A stretch of DNA of 64,000 bases from an uncultured delta proteobacterium (lineage in GTDB: Bacteria; Myxococcota; Myxococcia; Myxococcales; Myxococcaceae). Of this stretch, positions 49,567-58,975 are shown piece by piece. Numbering within the stretch: position 1 is the first letter of the stretch; each line of letters starts with the position of its first letter. Position numbers and translations under genes: made by a program. The notes below the pieces were generated by a model, which ran no database searches, was not told the origin of the DNA, and saw only the letters and a list, made by a program, of their open reading frames with translations. The stretch lies in assembly GCA_963796055.1 (NCBI GenBank), contig CAWCKH010000006.1:1-64000 (forward strand). The letters are read 5' to 3'.

Positions 49567-51017
49567 CCGCGCCGGACCCGACCGAGCCCGCGACACCGGC
49601 CGAAGATTTCCAGCTGGTCGACTTCCAGCAGCTGAGGAATCGGATCGGTTTCGCTCTCCGGGCCGTGGGGCGCCGCAGGGGCCTCTTCCTGGTCATCTTC
49701 CTCATCGTGGCCGCGCTCGCCGGGGGCGCGCTCGCCATCATTCCCCGCACCTTCCACGTCGAAACCCAGCTCCTCGCGCTGCGCGTCGCGATGATGCCGG
49801 CGCTCGGGAACCCCGGACGGAAAGTGCCCCTCGACGCGGACAGCCCGACCCGGGCGGCGGCCGAGGCGGTGCTCCGTCGCGACAACCTCATCTCGCTGAT
49901 CAAACAGACCGACCTGATGAGTTACTGGGCGCTGAACCGTCCTCCGGTGCTCCGGCTCAAGGATCGGCTGGTCGCCCTGGTGGATCCGCCCACCGAGGAA
50001 GACAAGCTCAACGCGATGATCGGCTTCCTCGAGGCCCGGCTGAGCGTGGTCACCGGCCCCTCGACGGTGACCATCTCCATCGACTGGCCGGATGCCGAGC
50101 TGGCCTACCGTCTGGTGGAGACCGCTCAGCAGAACTTCCTCGAGCAGCGGCACGCCGAGGAGGTCTCCACCATCGCCGAGACCATCTCCATCCTCGAGGG
50201 TCACGCCGCCACCGTCCGCGAATCGCTCGACGCGGCCATGGACGACCTGCGAAAGACGCACGAGGTCGGTCCCCTCACGCCGAGCAGTCAGGGGACGACA
50301 GCCCAGGTGACTCCCCGGAAGGACCCGGCCCAGGAGGCGCGACGGGCCGAGACCGCGGAGCTCAGGCTGATGCTGGAGGCCAAGCGGCGGGCGATCACCG
50401 AGCTGGAGGAGTTCCGGCGGCGGCGGCTGGCCGAGCTCCAGGCGGACCTGGCGCAGCAGAAGACCGTCTACGCCAGCGCCCATCCGGTGGTCCTGAAGCT
50501 CCAGCAGAGCATCAACGCGATGCAGGAAGACTCGCCCCAGCTCCTCGCCCTACGCAAGGAGGAGTCGGCGTTGTCGGAGGAGCTCGCGGCGAGGATGGCC
50601 AGCGCCCGCGCCGAGGGAAGCCTCGCCCGCGGCCCCCGCCCCGTCGACGCTGCTCCCGCCCGCCGGACGGATGCGCCAGGGCAGGACGTGGCCGGGGAGT
50701 ACGCCCGGACGCGGGTCCGGTTCGCGATGGAGAAGTACGACAACCTCCTCGAGCGCATCGACAGCGCCCAGATCGAGCTGGACACCGCACGGGCTGCCTT
50801 CAAGTACCGCTACAGCGTGGTCCGCCCCCCCATCTTTCCGAAGCGTCCGAGCAAGCCGAAGGTCCCGGTCTTCGTCGCCGGTGCCCTCTTCGCCGCGCTG
50901 ACCTTCGGGTTGGCGGCGGCGGTGCTGGCCGACCTCCGGTCGGGACGGCTCCTGGAACCGTGGCAGGTGGAGCGGCAACTCGGACTCACCATCCTTGGAG
51001 AGCTGCCACGGAGCTGA
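49563..51017 (+). CDS. Polysaccharide co-polymerase (Wzz/Wzc periplasmic part, EpsV-like)
   Basis: Two TMs flanking a coiled-coil, Y...HP.V, P..P..PSKP, ends LGLTILGELP. Confidence 0.85.
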   Translation: MTAPDPTEPATPAEDFQLVDFQQLRNRIGFALRAVGRRRGLFLVIFLIVAALAGGALAIIPRTFHVETQLLALRVAMMPALGNPGRKVPLDADSPTRAAAEAVLRRDNLISLIKQTDLMSYWALNRPPVLRLKDRLVALVDPPTEEDKLNAMIGFLEARLSVVTGPSTVTISIDWPDAELAYRLVETAQQNFLEQRHAEEVSTIAETISILEGHAATVRESLDAAMDDLRKTHEVGPLTPSSQGTTAQVTPRKDPAQEARRAETAELRLMLEAKRRAITELEEFRRRRLAELQADLAQQKTVYASAHPVVLKLQQSINAMQEDSPQLLALRKEESALSEELAARMASARAEGSLARGPRPVDAAPARRTDAPGQDVAGEYARTRVRFAMEKYDNLLERIDSAQIELDTARAAFKYRYSVVRPPIFPKRPSKPKVPVFVAGALFAALTFGLAAAVLADLRSGRLLEPWQVERQLGLTILGELPRS

Positions 51018-51101
51018 AGCTCCCGTGGCCCGGGCGGGGGGGGGTCACCGGGGCCTGCTTGATCTGTGCGGGCCGGCCCTCTATGTCGCCTCAGGGGACG
51101 A

Positions 51102-51605
51102 GTGGTGGCGCCCGCGACGACCTTCAAGCTTTCGGATGACACCGCCCCGGAGGGCTTGCCACGGGTCGGCACCCCGCCGGTGTCGATCCAGCAGCTCTGG
51201 TTCGCGATCCAGCGGCTGGAATGGTCGAGCATGGTGCTGGTCCCCGCCGGACCCGAGACCTCGGCCCTGGAGGTCGGGAAGTCCCTCCACGAGGTGGGCC
51301 GGCTGGCCATGGGGGACCGGCTCCGGCTGATCGACGGCCGCGGGGTGAAGGTGGACGGGACCGCGTCGCTGATCCTCGACATGACCGGTGACTCCCCGGT
51401 GCGTCCCGCCGGGCCCCAGCTCAGCGAGCGGGTCCTGGTGATGATCGACTCGCCCCTGGAGCAGCCTTCGGGGGTGCCCATCGCCCTCGCCGCCGACGCG
51501 GCCATCCTCTGCATCGAGCTGGGGAAGAACACCACCGCCAGCGCTCGCGAAACCCTGCAGCTCATCGGCTCACAACGCTTTCTGGGCTGCATCACGCTGG
51601 TGTGA
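51102..51605 (+). CDS. Stand-alone BY-kinase-like pseudokinase
   Basis: LIDG and VMIDSP Walker A'/B-like segments, ADAAIL, LGC; P-loop degenerate (PAGPETSA). Confidence 0.65.
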   Translation: MVAPATTFKLSDDTAPEGLPRVGTPPVSIQQLWFAIQRLEWSSMVLVPAGPETSALEVGKSLHEVGRLAMGDRLRLIDGRGVKVDGTASLILDMTGDSPVRPAGPQLSERVLVMIDSPLEQPSGVPIALAADAAILCIELGKNTTASARETLQLIGSQRFLGCITLV

Positions 51606-51607
51606 GG

Positions 51608-53146
51608 ATGGCGTCCAGCATCGGTTCGGCGGCACACCCCGTGCCGGGGAGCGAGTCTCGGTCGTCGGTCGCGCGCAACGCGCTCCATCTGGTGATGGGC
51701 CAGGCGGCCACGATGGTCCTGGGCATCGTCTTCAGCGGAGCGCTGGGCCGGACCCTGGGGGCGACGGACTTCAGCCTCTACTTCCTCATCAGCACCTTCT
51801 CCAGCTTCGCCCTGGTGGTGGTGGACTGGGGCCAGCAGTTCTTCGGGATCCGCGCGGTGGCGCGCTCGCCGGAGCGGGGTGGCGATCTCCTCGGCACCGG
51901 CCTGGTCCTGAGGACCGTGGGGACGGTCCTGGTCTGCGTGCCTACCGGGCTCAGCGCCTGGGCCCTGGGCTATGACACCCGGACCTGCTGGTTCGCCGTG
52001 GCCTTCGTGGCGCTCAGCATGCCGCTGTTCCTGGCCCAGAACTTCGGGGTCGTCTTCCGCGGCCATGACCGGATGGGCCTCGACGCCACCGTCTCGGTGA
52101 CCAACCGGGCCGTCGGCCTGGTCCTCGGCCTCGGTGCCCTGGGGCTCGGGTTCGGGCTGGGGGGGGTGGTGGTCACCCAGGGCCTGGCCGGGCTCGCCGC
52201 CCTGGCGGTGGCGCTCTGGCTGTACCGGCAGGTCGCCCACGGGCCGCTCCACTTCTCCCGGGCCACGGCCTGGGAGATCCTCGCCGGGGGCACCGCCATC
52301 GTGACGATGACACTGGCGGCGAACGTCCAGCCGTACATCGACGCGGTGCTCCTCTCCAAGATGGTGCCCAAGGAAGCCGTGGGCTGGTACGGCGCGGCGA
52401 AGAGCCTGATGGGGACGCTGCTGGCGCCGTCGCTCATCCTCGGGTCCGCGGCCTTTCCCCGGCTCTCCCGCGCCGCCGGCGACGTCCCGCGCTTTCGCCG
52501 GGAGGTCACCCACGCGCAGCGTCCGATGGTCTGGCTGGGGGGCCTGGCGGCGGTGGGAACCTGGACCTTCGCCCCGGTCGCGATCCGGATCGTCTACGGC
52601 GCCCAGCACTTCACGCCGGCGGGGCCGATCCTCCGGATCTTCGGCCTGGCCCTGTTCCTGGTCTTCATCGACGTCCTGCTCGGCAATGCGCTGACCGCGC
52701 TCGGCCGCTCCACGGCGTTCTCGGTGATCAAGATCGGAACGGTGGTGCTGGCCACGGGCCTGGAGCTGTTCCTCATCCCCTACTGCCAGCAGCACTGGGG
52801 AAACGGAGGGCTGGGGGTGGTGAGCTCCTTCGTCCTGGCGGAGGCGGTGCTGTTCTCCGGCTCGCTCCTCCTCATGCCCCGCGGGACAATCGGGGCCTCG
52901 ATCCTGGTCGACGCCTTCCGGGCCCTGGTGGCCTCCGTCCTGACCGGGGCGTTCCTCCACAGCCTTCCGCCGATCGGGCCCTGGGTGGGGATCCCGCTCT
53001 GCATCGCGGTGTTCACCCTGTGCTCGCTGGCCCTGGGGCTCCTGCGGCGCTCGGACCTCCGGTCGCTCCGGGCCCAGCTTCGCCACGAACCGCTGCGGTC
53101 ACCGGCGACACCAGCGAACGACTCCGCCGGCGCTTCGCTCCAATAA
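51608..53146 (+). CDS. wzx: Wzx flippase
   Basis: VARNAL, RTLG..DF, DWG, VGWYGAA, FPRLSR; many TMs. Confidence 0.9.
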   Translation: MASSIGSAAHPVPGSESRSSVARNALHLVMGQAATMVLGIVFSGALGRTLGATDFSLYFLISTFSSFALVVVDWGQQFFGIRAVARSPERGGDLLGTGLVLRTVGTVLVCVPTGLSAWALGYDTRTCWFAVAFVALSMPLFLAQNFGVVFRGHDRMGLDATVSVTNRAVGLVLGLGALGLGFGLGGVVVTQGLAGLAALAVALWLYRQVAHGPLHFSRATAWEILAGGTAIVTMTLAANVQPYIDAVLLSKMVPKEAVGWYGAAKSLMGTLLAPSLILGSAAFPRLSRAAGDVPRFRREVTHAQRPMVWLGGLAAVGTWTFAPVAIRIVYGAQHFTPAGPILRIFGLALFLVFIDVLLGNALTALGRSTAFSVIKIGTVVLATGLELFLIPYCQQHWGNGGLGVVSSFVLAEAVLFSGSLLLMPRGTIGASILVDAFRALVASVLTGAFLHSLPPIGPWVGIPLCIAVFTLCSLALGLLRRSDLRSLRAQLRHEPLRSPATPANDSAGASLQ

Positions 53147-53303
53147 CCAAGCGACAAGGTGGGGATCGGCTCCCTCGCGTCGCCACGCAGTCGCTACCCG
53201 GGAGGTGCGGCATTCCGCTACAGTGCGCGCGCGAAACCGGGGGCTGAAATGCCTCGAGCGCCGGCGCTTCATCTCGTGCTGGCAGCGCCGGTGAGGGAGC
53301 GAG

Positions 53304-54344
53304 ATGAGGATCCTGCTGACCGGAAGCCGCGGGTACATCGGAACGGTGATGGCGCCGTTCCTCCTCAAGGCCGGGCACGACGTGACGGGGATCGACACCG
53401 ATCTCTACCGGCGTTCCACCTTCGGTCCGTGGAAGGAATCGATCCCGACCATGGTCAAGGACCTGCGCGCGCTCGAGCCGACGGATCTGCGCGGCTTCGA
53501 CGCCGTCATTCATCTGGCTGCGCTCTCCAACGACCCGCTGGGTGATCTGAACCCCCAGCTCACTTACGACATCAATCATCTGACCTCGGTGCGGCTCGCG
53601 GCGCTGGCGAAGGAAACCGGCGTGTCGCGCTTCGTCTTCGCCTCCTCCTGCAGCAACTACGGCGCCGCCGGCGATGCGCCGGTGAACGAGGAATCGGAGC
53701 TAAACCCGGTCACCGCATACGGAGAGTCCAAGGTCCGGGTGGAGCGGGACGTGATCAAGCTGGCCGACGCGTCCTTCACCCCCACCTTCCTCCGCTGCGC
53801 CACGGCCTACGGCGTCTCCCCCCGCCTGCGGTTCGACATCGTGCTCAACAACCTGGTCGCCTGGGCCTTCACCTCGGGCAAGGTGCTGCTCAAGAGCGAT
53901 GGCAGCCCCTGGCGTCCCATCGTCCACATCGAGGACATCAGCCGCGCCTTCCTCGCCGTGCTGAGCGTCCCCCCCGAGCGGGTCCGGGGGCAGGCCTTCA
54001 ACATCGGCAGGAACGACCAGAACTACCGCATCCGGGAGATCGCAGAGATCGTGAGGGAGACCGTCCCCGGCTGCGAGATCGCCTTCGCCGACGACGCCGG
54101 TCCCGACAAGCGGAACTACCGGGCCGATTTCTCCAAGGTGGCGACGCTGCTCCCCGAGTTCCAGCCGCAGTGGGACGCGCGCCGGGGAGCACGGGAGCTC
54201 TACGACGCCTACCGGGCCATCGGTCTGAAGCTGGAGGACTTCGAGGGCCCACGCTTCCGGCGCATCGACCAACTCAAGCAGCTGATGGCCTCCGGGCACC
54301 TGAGCCCGGACCTGCGATGGAACTCCGAACCGCCGGCAGCCTGA
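53304..54344 (+). CDS. NAD-dependent epimerase/dehydratase (extended SDR)
   Basis: [29 protein letters not shown]. Confidence 0.92.
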   Translation: MRILLTGSRGYIGTVMAPFLLKAGHDVTGIDTDLYRRSTFGPWKESIPTMVKDLRALEPTDLRGFDAVIHLAALSNDPLGDLNPQLTYDINHLTSVRLAALAKETGVSRFVFASSCSNYGAAGDAPVNEESELNPVTAYGESKVRVERDVIKLADASFTPTFLRCATAYGVSPRLRFDIVLNNLVAWAFTSGKVLLKSDGSPWRPIVHIEDISRAFLAVLSVPPERVRGQAFNIGRNDQNYRIREIAEIVRETVPGCEIAFADDAGPDKRNYRADFSKVATLLPEFQPQWDARRGARELYDAYRAIGLKLEDFEGPRFRRIDQLKQLMASGHLSPDLRWNSEPPAA

Positions 54345-54359
54345 CGGACCGAACGAACC

Positions 54360-54935
54360 GTGATCTTCACCGAGACCAAGCTGAAGGGCGCGTATCTCAT
54401 CGACCTGGAGCGCCGTGAGGACGAGCGGGGCTTCTTCGCCCGCTCCTTCTGCCAGAACGAGTTCGCCGAGCACGGGCTGAAACCGGTGATCGCCCAGGCC
54501 AACCTGGCCTTCAACAAGCGCAAGGGAACTCTGCGGGGGATGCACTTCCAGTTCCCGCCGAAGGCCGAGACCAAGCTGGTGCGTGCCACCCGCGGGGCGA
54601 TCCTGGACATCATCGTGGACCTGCGGCCGGAGAGCCCCACGTACCTCGAGCACGTCTCGGTCGAGCTCAGCGAGGACAACCGCCGCGCGCTCTACGTCCC
54701 GGGGCGATTCGCCCACGGGTACCAGGCCCTGGAGGACGAGACGGAGACCAGCTACCAGGTGGGCGAGTTCTACGCCCCAGGGACCGAGGGCGGACTGTCC
54801 CCCTTCGATCCACGGCTGGGGCTGAAGTGGCCGCTCCCGGTCACGGTCATCTCCCCCAAGGACGCGGCCTGGAAGCCGCTGGAGGAGATCGGCCTCGAGG
54901 TGAGGCGTCGGATGCAGCTGGAGGGCTGGCGATGA
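54360..54935 (+). CDS. rfbC: dTDP-4-dehydrorhamnose 3,5-epimerase family cupin
   Basis: DERGFFAR, GTLRGMHFQ, KLVR, VDLRPESPTY, FAHGYQ. Confidence 0.9.
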   Translation: MIFTETKLKGAYLIDLERREDERGFFARSFCQNEFAEHGLKPVIAQANLAFNKRKGTLRGMHFQFPPKAETKLVRATRGAILDIIVDLRPESPTYLEHVSVELSEDNRRALYVPGRFAHGYQALEDETETSYQVGEFYAPGTEGGLSPFDPRLGLKWPLPVTVISPKDAAWKPLEEIGLEVRRRMQLEGWR

Positions 54936-56317
54936 TCATCGTCGACCGGGCACTGAGAGAGCGTGAGGAGCAAGGCAGGCCCATCCGGGTGGGGATGGTC
55001 GGCTCGGGATTCATGGGTCAGGGGCTGACCAACCAGATCGAGAACAGCGTCCCCGGGATGCGGATGGCCGCCATCTACAACCGCAAGCCGGAGCGAGCGT
55101 TCGGCGTCTACCGGTACGCGGGTCGGGATCCGGTGGCTGCGGCCGCCCAGTCCGAGGTGGACGAGGCGGTCCGGCGCGGTCGCCCGGTGGTGGTCGAGGA
55201 CCCGATGACCCTCTGCCGCTCGCCGGAGATCGACGTCATCATCGACGTCACCGGCTCGGTCGAGTTCGGGGCGCACGTCATCCTCGAGGCCTTCGCCCAC
55301 CGGAAGCCGGTGGTGCTGATGAACGCCGAGGTGGATGCGACCATCGGCCCCATCCTCCGGGTCCACGGCAAGAAGCAGGGAGCGATCCTCTCCGCCTGCG
55401 ACGGGGACGAGCCCGGCGTGCAGATGAACCTGGTCCGGTGGGTCCAGGGGCTGGGGCTCACCCCGAGGGTGGTGGGAAACGTGAAGGGCCTCCAGGACCC
55501 CTACCGCAACCCCACCACCCAGAAGGGGTGGGCCGAGCGCTGGGGACAGAATGCGGCCATGGTGACCTCGTTCGCCGACGGCTCGAAGATCAGCTTCGAG
55601 CAATCCATCGTCGCCAACGCCACCGGCTTCAAGGTCCGCTCCCGCGGCATGTCCCGAGGCGTCAAGTTCGACGGCTCGATCATGGACATCCACAGGCTGT
55701 ACGACCTGGACGAGATCCGCTCGCTGGGCGGCATCGTCGACTACACGGTGGGCCCGCCGCTCATCAAGGTGTTCGTCCTCGCCGAGCACCACGACCCGAA
55801 GCAGCGGCACTACCTGAACCTGTACAAGATGGGTGAAGGGCCCCTCTATCCCTTCTGGATTCCCTACCACCTGGTTCATTTCGAGACGCCCTTCTCCATC
55901 GCCCGGGTGGTGCTCTTCGGGGACGAGCTCGCCCCGCCGCTGGCCGGGCCGGTGGTGGAGGTCTGCGCGGTCGCCAAGCGGGACCTCAGGGCCGGGGAGA
56001 TCCTCGACGAGTACGGGATGTACACGACCTACGGCGAGGCGGTGAACGTGGAGGAGATGAGCTCCGGGCGATACCTGCCCGAGGGGCTGGTGGAGGGCTG
56101 CCGGCTCCGTCGAGACATCCCCAAGGATCAGGTCCTCACCTACGCCGACGTGGAGCTGCCCGCCGGGCGGATCGCGGACCAGCTCCGCGCCGAGCAGTAC
56201 GAGCATTTCCGTGGCGAGACCTGGCTCCGCGACTGGCTCCGAGCCGAGGCGGAAGAGAGCCACGTCCCGAGTGACATCCGCGTTCCCCGGGGGCAGGCGG
56301 CGGCACCGATCGCCTGA
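54932..56317 (+). CDS. NAD(P)-dependent oxidoreductase with C-terminal SAF domain (homoserine-dehydrogenase-like)
   Basis: GMVGSGFMG, GDEPG, FADGSK, PYHL, AKRDLRAGE.LD. Confidence 0.85.
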   Translation: MIIVDRALREREEQGRPIRVGMVGSGFMGQGLTNQIENSVPGMRMAAIYNRKPERAFGVYRYAGRDPVAAAAQSEVDEAVRRGRPVVVEDPMTLCRSPEIDVIIDVTGSVEFGAHVILEAFAHRKPVVLMNAEVDATIGPILRVHGKKQGAILSACDGDEPGVQMNLVRWVQGLGLTPRVVGNVKGLQDPYRNPTTQKGWAERWGQNAAMVTSFADGSKISFEQSIVANATGFKVRSRGMSRGVKFDGSIMDIHRLYDLDEIRSLGGIVDYTVGPPLIKVFVLAEHHDPKQRHYLNLYKMGEGPLYPFWIPYHLVHFETPFSIARVVLFGDELAPPLAGPVVEVCAVAKRDLRAGEILDEYGMYTTYGEAVNVEEMSSGRYLPEGLVEGCRLRRDIPKDQVLTYADVELPAGRIADQLRAEQYEHFRGETWLRDWLRAEAEESHVPSDIRVPRGQAAAPIA

Positions 56318-56349
56318 GCCGGGGGGAAGCACGTGACCGGAGGCTGCAC

Positions 56350-57165
56350 ATGAAGGTGGTCATCTTCTGCGGTGGGCTGGGCATGCGGCTCCGGGAGTAC
56401 TCGGAGGCCGTGCCCAAGCCGATGGTCCCGGTGGGCTACCGCCCCATCCTCTGGCACCTGATGCGCTACTACGCCCACTTCGGGCACAAGGATTTCATCC
56501 TCTGCCTCGGCTACAAGGGCGACACCATCAAGCGCTACTTCCTCGACTACGAGGAGACCGTCACCAACGACTTCGTGATGCGGGACGGGGGGAAGAAGAT
56601 CGAGCTCCTGGGGAGCGACATCCAGGACTGGAACATCACCTTCGTCGACACGGGGATGAACTCCAACATCGGGCAGCGCCTCAAGGCGGTGCAGCGGCAC
56701 CTCGCCGGCGAGGAGCTGTTCCTCGCCAACTACAGCGACGGGCTCTCCGACCTGCCGCTGCCCGAGGTCATCCACTTCCTCAAGAGCAGGCCGGAGGCGG
56801 TGGCCTGCTTCACCGGGGTTGCTCCCACCAGCAGCTTCCACCTGGTGAACGTGGGCGACGAGGGCGTGGTCCAGAGCATCCGCCACGTCCGGGAAACGGG
56901 CATGCGGGTCAACGGCGGCTTCTTCGTCTTCCGGCCGCAGGTCTTCGACTGGATGAATGACGGTGAGGAGCTGGTCCAGGAGCCGTTCCAGCGGCTGGCC
57001 AAGGCCGGGAAGCTGCTGTCGTACAACTACGACGGGTTCTGGGCCTGCATGGACACCTTCAAGGAGAAGCAGCTCCTCGAGGACCTCTACGCCCGGGGCC
57101 AGGTGCCCTGGGAGGTGTGGAAGGCGCACGCCCAGCATCATCCGACGAGCCGGAGGAGCGCCTAG
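56350..57165 (+). CDS. rfbF: Glucose-1-phosphate cytidylyltransferase family
   Basis: CGGLGMRL, PKPMV, LGYKG, VDTG, NGGFF, FWACMDT. Confidence 0.88.
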   Translation: MKVVIFCGGLGMRLREYSEAVPKPMVPVGYRPILWHLMRYYAHFGHKDFILCLGYKGDTIKRYFLDYEETVTNDFVMRDGGKKIELLGSDIQDWNITFVDTGMNSNIGQRLKAVQRHLAGEELFLANYSDGLSDLPLPEVIHFLKSRPEAVACFTGVAPTSSFHLVNVGDEGVVQSIRHVRETGMRVNGGFFVFRPQVFDWMNDGEELVQEPFQRLAKAGKLLSYNYDGFWACMDTFKEKQLLEDLYARGQVPWEVWKAHAQHHPTSRRSA

Positions 57166-57167
57166 GA

Positions 57168-57821
57168 ATGCACCGTCTGTCGCTCGGCGGGCCGGGCGGC
57201 ACGTTCCGCCGCGTCCTGGCGCTGGGAGCGCACGCCGACGACATCGAGATCGGGTGCGGGGGCACCCTGCTCCGGCTGCTCGACGAGCACGACGACCTGG
57301 AGGTCACCTGGGTCGTCTTCTGCTCCACGCCCGAGCGGGCGGGCGAGGCGGGGCGCTCGGCCGAGCGGTTCCTGGTGGGCGCCGGGCGGAAGCGGATCGT
57401 CGTCCACTCCTTCCGGGACGGCTTCCTTCCCACCGAGGCGGCCCGGGCCAAGGAGCAGTTCGAGGTCCTCAAGGGCGAGGTGTCACCCGACCTCATCCTC
57501 ACCCACTACCGCGAGGACCGGCACCAGGATCACCGCACCGTCTCCGAGCTGACCTGGAACACCTGGCGAAACCACCTGATCCTCGAGTTCGAGATCCCCA
57601 AGTACGACGGCGATTTCGGCTCACCGAATCTCTTCGTCCCGCTCTCTCCCTCCACGCTGGAGCGGAAGATCGAGCTCGTGGTGCAGGGGTTCCCCAGCCA
57701 GGTGGGGAAGGCGTGGTTCACGCCCGATCTCTTCCAGGCGGTGGCCCGCATCCGCGGCATGGAGTGCGCCGCGCCGGACCGCTTCGCCGAGGCCTTCTAC
57801 TGCCGGAAGGCGGTACTCTGA
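57168..57821 (+). CDS. PIG-L/LmbE family deacetylase
   Basis: AHADDIEIGCGG, DRHQDH, FPSQ, AEAF. Confidence 0.88.
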   Translation: MHRLSLGGPGGTFRRVLALGAHADDIEIGCGGTLLRLLDEHDDLEVTWVVFCSTPERAGEAGRSAERFLVGAGRKRIVVHSFRDGFLPTEAARAKEQFEVLKGEVSPDLILTHYREDRHQDHRTVSELTWNTWRNHLILEFEIPKYDGDFGSPNLFVPLSPSTLERKIELVVQGFPSQVGKAWFTPDLFQAVARIRGMECAAPDRFAEAFYCRKAVL

Positions 57822-57839
57822 GTCGGGGCCGACCGGGCT

Positions 57840-58847
57840 TCAGGCCGGAATCGCGGTCCGGTCCTGGGGAGTCTCCGCCTGGTCTCCGGCCACCACCCGC
57901 TCCAGCCAGCACTCGCGCCAGTAGGGGTAGATGGCGCGGGAGCAGAACCAGCGCCGGAGGCTGTGGTTCCCCGAGCAGACCACCCCGTCCAGGGTGATGG
58001 CCTCGTTCTTGAGCTCGATGAGCTTGCCGTCCTGGTCGTTCACGAAGCGGCTGATCCGCTGCCTCACGCGAAAGACCTGACCGCAGTAGGGCAGCATCTC
58101 CTCGTCGAACCACAGGCCCTTGTTGCGGCCCTCGGAATTGAGCGTCCGGGCAATCTCCTCCCGCGAGCGGACCCGGACCCTCTCCCCCGGCTGGAGGTCG
58201 AGCGTCTCGAAGGCCTGCCCCTTCAGGGCGGTGCCTCGGACGTGGACCTCGTCGAGGAGCCCCAGCTTCCGCATCGGCTCCCGGACCACCGCCCGGGACA
58301 TGACCCGGAGGAAGTGACCGAGCCCGACGTTGCCCGAGGTGTACTCGCGGGTGAAGCCCACCGGGTTCCAGAGCTTCACGTGCTCGGTGCAGGCAGGCAG
58401 CTCGGTGGCCTGGCAGCGAAAGCGCTCCTCCGTCCCCTGCGGGACCTCCACCTGCCGCCGGGTGCCCAGCGCCGCCCGAGCGCGAAGGGCCGCGAGCTCG
58501 GAGACGGGGGACGGCGCTGCTGGGCGATCCTCCGGGCCCACCCGCCGCAGCCAGGCTTCCTTCCAGAAAAGCCTGCACTCGGCCTGACAGCCGGCATGGC
58601 CCGCGCCGTCGCAGCGCAGGTCCTCGAGCAGGACGGCGTCCAGCAAGCGCCGTGTGCCGCTGTAGTGGACCGTGTCGCAGATGCGCTCGGCGCGCCGTTC
58701 CACGGTGAAGCGGCGGCCGCAGAACCCGACCATCTCCGGCATGAAGGGAAGCCCCTCCAGCGAGCCCGTCCCGTCCAGGGTGGCCAGGATCTCCGAGGGG
58801 GCTCTCACCTCGATGAGATTTCCCCGCCGCAAAGCCTCGTTCGACAT
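57840..58847 (-). CDS. Cys-rich hypothetical protein with an internal duplication
   Basis: Two related halves: EI..TL...G...GL.F..EM..[FY]CG..F.V...C...H..C......W.E.WL.RV. Confidence 0.8.
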   Translation of the reverse strand: MSNEALRRGNLIEVRAPSEILATLDGTGSLEGLPFMPEMVGFCGRRFTVERRAERICDTVHYSGTRRLLDAVLLEDLRCDGAGHAGCQAECRLFWKEAWLRRVGPEDRPAAPSPVSELAALRARAALGTRRQVEVPQGTEERFRCQATELPACTEHVKLWNPVGFTREYTSGNVGLGHFLRVMSRAVVREPMRKLGLLDEVHVRGTALKGQAFETLDLQPGERVRVRSREEIARTLNSEGRNKGLWFDEEMLPYCGQVFRVRQRISRFVNDQDGKLIELKNEAITLDGVVCSGNHSLRRWFCSRAIYPYWRECWLERVVAGDQAETPQDRTAIPA

Positions 58848-58975
58848 GTCTCCCTCTCGACGCCGACGGGCGCAGAAATAACACGCCCACGTCGGGGGTC
58901 CGAGGCGTGATAAAATGAGGTTTCGTCGCTCGCGGGGGGCTTCCGGCCGGCCCGCGGGTATCCGCAGACACCACC

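Noticed and set aside
51036..51045. G-run between the PCP and pseudokinase genes as a phase-variation tract
   Set aside because: Intergenic, short and unremarkable at this GC content without read-level evidence
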